Of a stretch of DNA of 32,721 nucleotides, positions 26,677-32,721 are shown one piece after another. Where the stretch lies: positions 1-32,721 of the forward strand of contig CAXGSM010000014.1 of NCBI GenBank assembly GCA_964012435.1, given 5' to 3'. The position numbers and the translations under genes were made by a program. Positions within the stretch are counted from its first letter, which is position 1; each line of letters opens with the position of its first letter. The stretch is from an uncultured bacterium (GTDB taxonomy: Bacteria; UBP7; UBA6624). A model generated the notes under the pieces. It was not told the DNA's origin, did not search any database, and was given only the letters and a program-made list of their open reading frames with translations.

Positions 26677-28525
26677 TTAACATTTCCTTCACCTTGTTGT
26701 AAATACCTATTTCATCAAGTCCAAATTTTTTCCTATATACATCTTGACTTCCATGTTTAACAATTTCATCAGAGATTGCAATAGAGCGAATTTTAGTTTG
26801 ATTTATTAAATTTTGGTCTTGTAAAGATTCCAAAACAGCAGATCTTAGGCCACCGATTTCGCTATGTTCTTCTATGGTAAGTATTCTTTTTGTTTCAGCA
26901 GCTTTCTTGATTAATTTTTCATCTAGTGGTTTGATCCATATTGGATCAGCAACAAAACAGTTTATTTTTTCTTTTTTAAGCCTTTTTGCTGCATTGATTG
27001 CGTTGTAAACTGAAGGACCTATTGCAAGTATGGCGATATCGGTTCCTTTTTGTATGATTTCTCCCCTCCCAACAATAAGCTCTCTCTCAGGTCTTTGTTC
27101 TGCTTTTGGAACAGAACCTCTAGGGTATCTGATTGCAAATGGCTGATTGTTTTTATACAAACCACATTTCAAAAGTTCCTTTATTGCTGGGCCATCCTTT
27201 GCAGCTGAAACAATCATGTTCGGCAGACATCTTAGATAAGAAATGTCATAAAGGCCTTGTGCGCTTGATCCATCACCTCCAACAAGCCCTGACCTATCCA
27301 TTGCAAATATGACATGAGCATTTTGAAGCATTGCATCATGGACAACTTGATCGTAGCCTCTTTGTAAGAATGTTGAATAGATTGCACATACCGGTTTCAT
27401 TCCAGAGAGGGCCATTGCTGCACTGCTTGTAACTGCATGTTGTTCTGATATTCCAACATCAAAAAATCTATCTGGAAATTTCTGCCTGAATGACTCTAGG
27501 CCGGTACCTTCAGCCATTGCAGCTGTCAAAGCTAGAATACTTTCATCCTTTTCGGCTAGATCGATTAATGAGTCTGCAAAAACTTTTGAAAAGCTTGGTG
27601 TTTGTGAAAGTGATTTTGGTGCAACCCCGTGTCTTTTTACTGGATTTTTTTCACTTTCTGGGTCACCTTTACCTTTTTTTGTTAGAACATGTAAGAATAC
27701 AGGTCTATCCTGAACGTTTTTCGATAGCTCTAAAACTTCTAGCATTTCTTTGAGGTTATGTCCGTCCATTGGCCCAAAGTACCTAAAACCAAAAGACTCA
27801 AAAAGAGCGCCTTCTTTAAAGAAAAAATTTCTTATTCCATCTTTGATTTTAGATAGGATTGACCCTATTTTTTTACTAGATTGAGATTTTTTTAGAATAT
27901 CTGATGTTTTTCTAAGTGTTTTCCTGTATGCTTTTGCCATTCTAAATTTAGTCAATAGCCTGTTTACCATTCCAACATTTGGAGATATTGACATTTCGTT
28001 ATCATTCAAAATGATAATTAATGGGTACGGTTTTCCTCCAAGATTATTAATTGCTTCCCAAGCCATCCCGGCAGTTAGTGCTCCATCTCCTATAACCGCT
28101 ACAACATAATTTTTTTTGTTTTGTCTTTTTTGTGATTCAAGAATTCCATAAGCAGCTGAAAGAGACGTTCCTGCATGGCTTCCTCCAAATGCATCATGTT
28201 TAGATTCTTCTATATCTAAAAATCCTGACATGCCTTTATATTTTCTTAATTTTTGAAAACCTTCAATTCTTCCAGTGATTATTTTGTGGATATAGCTTTG
28301 ATGACCAACGTCAAAAAGTATTTTATCTTCTGGGCTATTGAAAACTTTATGTATTGCGGTTGTTAGTTCAACAACACCTAGATTGCTTGCTAAATGTCCA
28401 CCTGTTTTTGGTACTTCATTTATTAGGAACTCTCGCATTTCAACACACGTTTCTTCAAGTTCTGAAAAGGTCATTTTCTTAATGTCTCCAGGACTTTTTA
28501 TAGAGTTAATTTTGTTGTTTTTCAT
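26669..28525 (-). CDS. dxs: 1-deoxy-D-xylulose-5-phosphate synthase
   Basis: GGHLASNLGVVELT, FDVGHQSY.HK, GDGALTAGMAWEA, LNDNEMSI, DVGISEQHA, YSTFLQR, IRYPRG. Confidence 0.98.
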   Translation of the reverse strand: MKNNKINSIKSPGDIKKMTFSELEETCVEMREFLINEVPKTGGHLASNLGVVELTTAIHKVFNSPEDKILFDVGHQSYIHKIITGRIEGFQKLRKYKGMSGFLDIEESKHDAFGGSHAGTSLSAAYGILESQKRQNKKNYVVAVIGDGALTAGMAWEAINNLGGKPYPLIIILNDNEMSISPNVGMVNRLLTKFRMAKAYRKTLRKTSDILKKSQSSKKIGSILSKIKDGIRNFFFKEGALFESFGFRYFGPMDGHNLKEMLEVLELSKNVQDRPVFLHVLTKKGKGDPESEKNPVKRHGVAPKSLSQTPSFSKVFADSLIDLAEKDESILALTAAMAEGTGLESFRQKFPDRFFDVGISEQHAVTSSAAMALSGMKPVCAIYSTFLQRGYDQVVHDAMLQNAHVIFAMDRSGLVGGDGSSAQGLYDISYLRCLPNMIVSAAKDGPAIKELLKCGLYKNNQPFAIRYPRGSVPKAEQRPERELIVGRGEIIQKGTDIAILAIGPSVYNAINAAKRLKKEKINCFVADPIWIKPLDEKLIKKAAETKRILTIEEHSEIGGLRSAVLESLQDQNLINQTKIRSIAISDEIVKHGSQDVYRKKFGLDEIGIYNKVKEMLNG

Positions 28526-29676
28526 ATTTTTCGCATTTTGATTAAGTTTGATGCAAAAATTCTAGATTGAGTATCTATATAAAGGACATCTTTAATGTTG
28601 ATTTTTTTAGGAATTTCAAATTCCATTCCTATAAGTGTTTTTTCTATAACTTTTGGTATGTTGTTGAATGAGATTTTGCCTTCTAAAAAATTACTAACAG
28701 CAACTTCATTGCTTGCGTTCAGGATGATAGGGTGCCCATTACCTTTGATTCCTGCTTCTCGTGCAAGCTTGTAGCAAGGATATAGATTTTCGTTTAGTGT
28801 TTGAATATTGAATCCACCATCGAAAGATGTATCCACAGTATTTGAATCTCCGACAGGATGTTCAGGATACGAGAGAGCATGATTAATTGCGTAGGACATG
28901 CTGGGAGGATTTACTAGCATTGAAGATGAACCATCTTTCCAATGTACCATTGCATGTATTTTTGATTCAGGATGTATAACAGCATCGATTTTATTTATAG
29001 GAATATCAAAAAGAATACTTGCTTCAATTATTTCTAAACCTTTATTCATGAGAGTTGCAGAATTTATAGAAACAAGCTTGCCCATGCTCCAAGAAGGATG
29101 ATTCAGTGCTTCTTTAGGTGTAACTGTTTCAAGATCTGAAATTTTCCTGCCAAGAAAAGGTCCACCCGAAGCGGTTATTGTTAGCTCGGATACATTTCGA
29201 TTATCTCGAGAGTTGTTTAAAAGTCTAAATATTGAATTGTGCTCGCTATCTATAGGTATTATTTGGCCACCATACTTCTTTTCTGTTTCCAATATTTTTT
29301 CACCTGCAGCAACAATGCTTTCCTTGTTTGCCAGCGCAACAGTTTTCCCATTTTTTAACGCAGTATAAGTGGCTTCAATTGCTGCTGTTCCGGGTATTGC
29401 CATGACTACTATGTCAACAGATTCATCCGAAACAAGTTTTGTAATCTCTTCTTTTCCAAAAAGAATTTCAGTATCGTTATTTATTTTTTTATTTGGATTT
29501 GCAGCTATTATTCTTTCTGCACTTAGCATTGATGCATAATTGATTAAATCTTCAGTATTGTTGTTTGATGCTAATCCAATTGTTTTGTATTTGGTTTTAA
29601 ATTTTGAATTTAGGAGATTTATTGTTTGTTTGCCTATTGAACCAGTAGCTCCTAAAACTGCAATTCCTTTCTTCAA
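28522..29676 (-). CDS. dxr: 1-deoxy-D-xylulose-5-phosphate reductoisomerase
   Basis: LGATGSIG, ALANKES, PIDSEH, TASGGPF, HPSWSMG, SATLMNKGLEIIEA; probable TTG start at 29676 overlapping the fabF stop. Confidence 0.96.
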   Translation of the reverse strand: MKKGIAVLGATGSIGKQTINLLNSKFKTKYKTIGLASNNNTEDLINYASMLSAERIIAANPNKKINNDTEILFGKEEITKLVSDESVDIVVMAIPGTAAIEATYTALKNGKTVALANKESIVAAGEKILETEKKYGGQIIPIDSEHNSIFRLLNNSRDNRNVSELTITASGGPFLGRKISDLETVTPKEALNHPSWSMGKLVSINSATLMNKGLEIIEASILFDIPINKIDAVIHPESKIHAMVHWKDGSSSMLVNPPSMSYAINHALSYPEHPVGDSNTVDTSFDGGFNIQTLNENLYPCYKLAREAGIKGNGHPIILNASNEVAVSNFLEGKISFNNIPKVIEKTLIGMEFEIPKKINIKDVLYIDTQSRIFASNLIKMRKI

Positions 29677-30923
29677 TCTTGAGGATCCCCTGTACGTATT
29701 GCTAATACACAATTGTGACCACCAAAGCCAAAACTATTATTTAAGAATGTTCTGTACTTGTGTTCTCTTGCTTTGTTTGGAACATGATCTAAGTCACATT
29801 TCGGATCAGGATTGTCTAGGTTTAAAGTAGGTGTTACAACTCCATTCAATCCTCCCATTATTCCAGCTATTGCTTCAATGGAGCTTGATGCTCCTAACAG
29901 GTGTCCAAGTTGGGATTTTGGGGCTGATACAGGTATTTTTTCTGCATGTTTTCCTAAAGCATTTTTAAGTGCTTTTACTTCTGTTGGATCATTGAAAAGT
30001 GTACCTGTTCCATGTGCAGAGACATATTCAACATCTTCTGGTTGTAATTCTGATTCTTCTAAACAATTCTGTATTGCTTTAGTCATAATTTTTCCTGATG
30101 TGTCAGGTGCTACTATGTTTCTTGCGTCGCATGTTTCTCCCATTCCTAGTATTTCAGCATATATTTTTGCGCCTCTTCTTCTTGCTGACGACTCTGATTC
30201 AAGAAGCAGCATGCCACAACCTTCAGAAAGTATAGTTCCAGATCTTTTTTTATCAAATGGCTTTAAAACATTAACCTCGTAAGGGTTTTTGGTTGCGGCA
30301 ACTGCTCTTGCTCTATGGAAAAAAACAACAATAAATTCATCAAAGTAATCCGAGGATCCTGCAAGCATAAGGTCAGCATGTCCATACTTGATTTTTCTAT
30401 ACGCATTTCCTATAGCTGTATTTCCAGTTGCACAGGTTACGCTAAAACTTTCATTAGGGCCCTGAAGGCCAAGTTGAATTGCAGGCCATGCACTTGCTCC
30501 ATTTACGGTATACCTGACACCAGTAAAAGGACTCACTCCCCGTAAGCCTTTTTCTAGATATTGTTTGTAATTTTTCAACCCTGTTCCAACTCCACCATTG
30601 CTTGAGCCAGAGGAAACGCCAAATCTTGATCTATCAACTTTTTCTAAATTTATTTTTGAATGCTTGACTGCCATGTTTGATGCAATGATTGAATATGCCT
30701 GGAATGGATCAATTTTTTTATTTAATTTCGGAAGCCATTCTGATATTTTGAAATCAGGAACCTGTCCACCAACTTTGCATCTGAATTCTTCTGACCTTGA
30801 ACTCAAACCCTTGATAGGTCGAATTGCTAATTGATTGGTTGACATGGATTTCCAAAGCTTATCAACACCCATGCCAAAGGGTGTCACTGCACCCATTCCG
30901 GTAACAAAAACTCTTTCAGTCAT
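29673..30923 (-). CDS. fabF: Beta-ketoacyl-ACP synthase II
   Basis: RVFVTGMG, catalytic TCATG, PFD..R.G, AHGTGT..ND, KSQLGHLLGA, NSFGFGGHN. Confidence 0.9.
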   Translation of the reverse strand: MTERVFVTGMGAVTPFGMGVDKLWKSMSTNQLAIRPIKGLSSRSEEFRCKVGGQVPDFKISEWLPKLNKKIDPFQAYSIIASNMAVKHSKINLEKVDRSRFGVSSGSSNGGVGTGLKNYKQYLEKGLRGVSPFTGVRYTVNGASAWPAIQLGLQGPNESFSVTCATGNTAIGNAYRKIKYGHADLMLAGSSDYFDEFIVVFFHRARAVAATKNPYEVNVLKPFDKKRSGTILSEGCGMLLLESESSARRRGAKIYAEILGMGETCDARNIVAPDTSGKIMTKAIQNCLEESELQPEDVEYVSAHGTGTLFNDPTEVKALKNALGKHAEKIPVSAPKSQLGHLLGASSSIEAIAGIMGGLNGVVTPTLNLDNPDPKCDLDHVPNKAREHKYRTFLNNSFGFGGHNCVLAIRTGDPQD

Positions 30924-32721
30924 TTTTAATCATGTTTCTTAGAACTGTTGGAAGTATTCCTTCGTTTTTATAGTATTCAATTTCAACAGGTGTGTCTAGC
31001 CGACTCACCGTTTCAAAATCAAAAGAACTTCCATCAGGTCTTTCTGCTTTCACATTTATTTTTTGAGCTGGGGTTAATTTGCCTTCTATCCCAAAGATGG
31101 TAAATTTTTCATCTCCTTTTATCCCAATGCTTTCTGCTGTTTGATTATTTGTGAAGCATAAAGGTAAAACACCCATTCCTACTAAGTTGGATCTATGTAT
31201 TCTCTCAAAACCTGTGGCTATAACCGCTTTTACGCCAAGAAGATTAGTGCCTTTTGCAGCCCAGTCTCTTGATGATCCGGTTCCATATTGATCACCTGCG
31301 ATTACAACAAGAGGTATGTTTTCTTTTTTGTATTTTTTGGATGCTTCAAAAACAGTCATTACCTCATTTGAGTCAAAATGCCTCGTAAAGCCTCCTTCGA
31401 TATCTACAAGTTTATTTCTTATTCTCACATTAGCAAAGGTGCCTCTAACCATTACTTCATGGTTGCCTCTTCTTGATCCGTATGAGTTAAAGTCAAAAAA
31501 GCTTACACCTTTCTCCCTCAGATATTTAGCAGCTGATGTTTTTGGCGAAATCGCTCCTGCTGGACTTATATGGTCAGTTGTTACTGAATCCCCTAGGTAG
31601 AGTAGGGCCCTCGCATTTTCTATTGGCTGTACTTTTTTTAAATCTGTGGATATGCCTTTAAGGAATGATGGTCTTTTTATGTATGTTGAGTCATTATCCC
31701 ATTCAAATAATGGAGACTTTTTGGACTCTATTGAATCCCATCTTTCTTCCTCTGTAGCTGTTTTGTATTTTTCTATAAATGTTTCTGGCTTTATGTGTTT
31801 TTTTATCATTTCGAGGATTTCCTCTTTTTTAGGCCATATGTCTTTTAGGAACACAGGTTTGTTGCCTGTTCCAATTCCTATCGGTTCTGAATCAAGATGA
31901 ATATTCACTGTACCAGCAATTGCATAAGCCACAACCAAAGGAGGGCTGCCTAGAAAATTCGCCTTGACGTGTGAGTGAATTCGACCTTCAAAGTTTCTAT
32001 TTCCTGATATTACGCTTGAAACAATCAAGTTGGATTCCTCTATGCCTTTAACAATCCCTTCATCAAGAGGACCTGAGTTACCGATACATGTTGTACATCC
32101 GTAACCAACGATATTAAAGCCTTGGTAGCTAAGATCGTCCATCAAGCCTGCACTTTCAAGATAATCACTAACAACTCTTGAACCGGGAGCTAATGATGTT
32201 TTTACCCAAGGTTTTGTTTTCAGGCCTAGCTCTTTAGCCTTTTTTGCAACAAGTCCTGCTGCAATCATCACTTCAGGATTGCTTGTATTCGTACAGGATG
32301 TTATTGCTGCAATGACAACATCTCCATGGGTTAGATCAAACTCACCTTGGTCTTTTGTTTTTACTGATGCTTTATTGCTTATTTCTTCGTCTTTCAAGCC
32401 ATGATTCTGATTGTCGACTGGATTGGTTAAAGATTTACAGAATTCATCTTTCATATCCTTGAGAAGGATTCTGTCCTGTGGCCTTTTTGGACCTGCCAAG
32501 CATGGTTCGACAGTTGATATATCAAACTTGATTAATTTTGTATATTCGATTGAATTGGAAGCATACTCATTGAATAGCTTTTGTTTTTTGAGGTATCTTT
32601 TTACATTTTCAACATGGTTAGGATTTCTTCCTGTTTCCGAAAGGTATTTAAGTGTCGTTTCGTCAATTGGAAAGAATCCGCATGTTCCACCATATTCGGG
32701 ACACATGTTTGATATGGTCGC
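30916..32721 (-). CDS. acnA: Aconitate hydratase A (5' part outside the window)
   Basis: NMCPEYG, AGPKRPQD, AAITSCTNTSNP, GYGCTTCIGNSG, SGNRNFEGR, TTDHISPAG, GSSRDWAAKG. Confidence 0.98.
   Translation of the reverse strand, partial: ATISNMCPEYGGTCGFFPIDETTLKYLSETGRNPNHVENVKRYLKKQKLFNEYASNSIEYTKLIKFDISTVEPCLAGPKRPQDRILLKDMKDEFCKSLTNPVDNQNHGLKDEEISNKASVKTKDQGEFDLTHGDVVIAAITSCTNTSNPEVMIAAGLVAKKAKELGLKTKPWVKTSLAPGSRVVSDYLESAGLMDDLSYQGFNIVGYGCTTCIGNSGPLDEGIVKGIEESNLIVSSVISGNRNFEGRIHSHVKANFLGSPPLVVAYAIAGTVNIHLDSEPIGIGTGNKPVFLKDIWPKKEEILEMIKKHIKPETFIEKYKTATEEERWDSIESKKSPLFEWDNDSTYIKRPSFLKGISTDLKKVQPIENARALLYLGDSVTTDHISPAGAISPKTSAAKYLREKGVSFFDFNSYGSRRGNHEVMVRGTFANVRIRNKLVDIEGGFTRHFDSNEVMTVFEASKKYKKENIPLVVIAGDQYGTGSSRDWAAKGTNLLGVKAVIATGFERIHRSNLVGMGVLPLCFTNNQTAESIGIKGDEKFTIFGIEGKLTPAQKINVKAERPDGSSFDFETVSRLDTPVEIEYYKNEGILPTVLRNMIKND

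Noticed and set aside
29677..29712. Upstream dxr start in the ORF track
   Set aside because: Lies inside fabF; TTG at 29676 gives the usual 4-nt overlap and a normal Dxr N-terminus
29673..30923. Type II PKS or aryl-polyene ketosynthase
   Set aside because: No chain-length factor, ACP or tailoring genes nearby; the Cys-His-His triad fits FabF
1043..31900. Many 60-156 aa ORFs antisense or out of frame to called genes (e.g. 24272-24703, 29812-30282, 10400-10807)
   Set aside because: Shadows of conserved genes with no recognisable motifs

Overview
AT-rich, very densely packed bacterial chromosome segment, mostly housekeeping genes with overlapping start/stop codons. Left (minus strand): an outer-membrane/lipid A operon (hypothetical, short bamA, lpxD, lpxA, GnnA-like oxidoreductase, GT2 glycosyltransferase, SAM methyltransferase) and a partial repeat-containing ORF missing from the ORF track. 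It diverges from a dnaK-grpE-dnaJ-hspR heat-shock operon, whose consensus sigma70 promoter carries three HAIR-like elements at exact 24-bp spacing. Next come an FmdB zinc ribbon, a C26 glutamine amidotransferase-type hydrolase, tRNA-Ala(TGC), an orphan Rieske oxygenase, a large Ig-repeat lipoprotein ending in a thioredoxin-like fold without CxxC, and pyrD-like-pyrF-lptF-lptG-lptD. A minus-strand run closes the window: acnA(partial)-fabF-dxr-dxs-dnaX-pdxS-pdxT-tmk-holB-like. The host combines LPS/outer-membrane genes with a DnaK lacking the diderm insert, HspR and PdxST, which suggests an unusual lineage. No mobile element, CRISPR array or defence system was seen. All product calls come from motif recognition by eye, not database searches.
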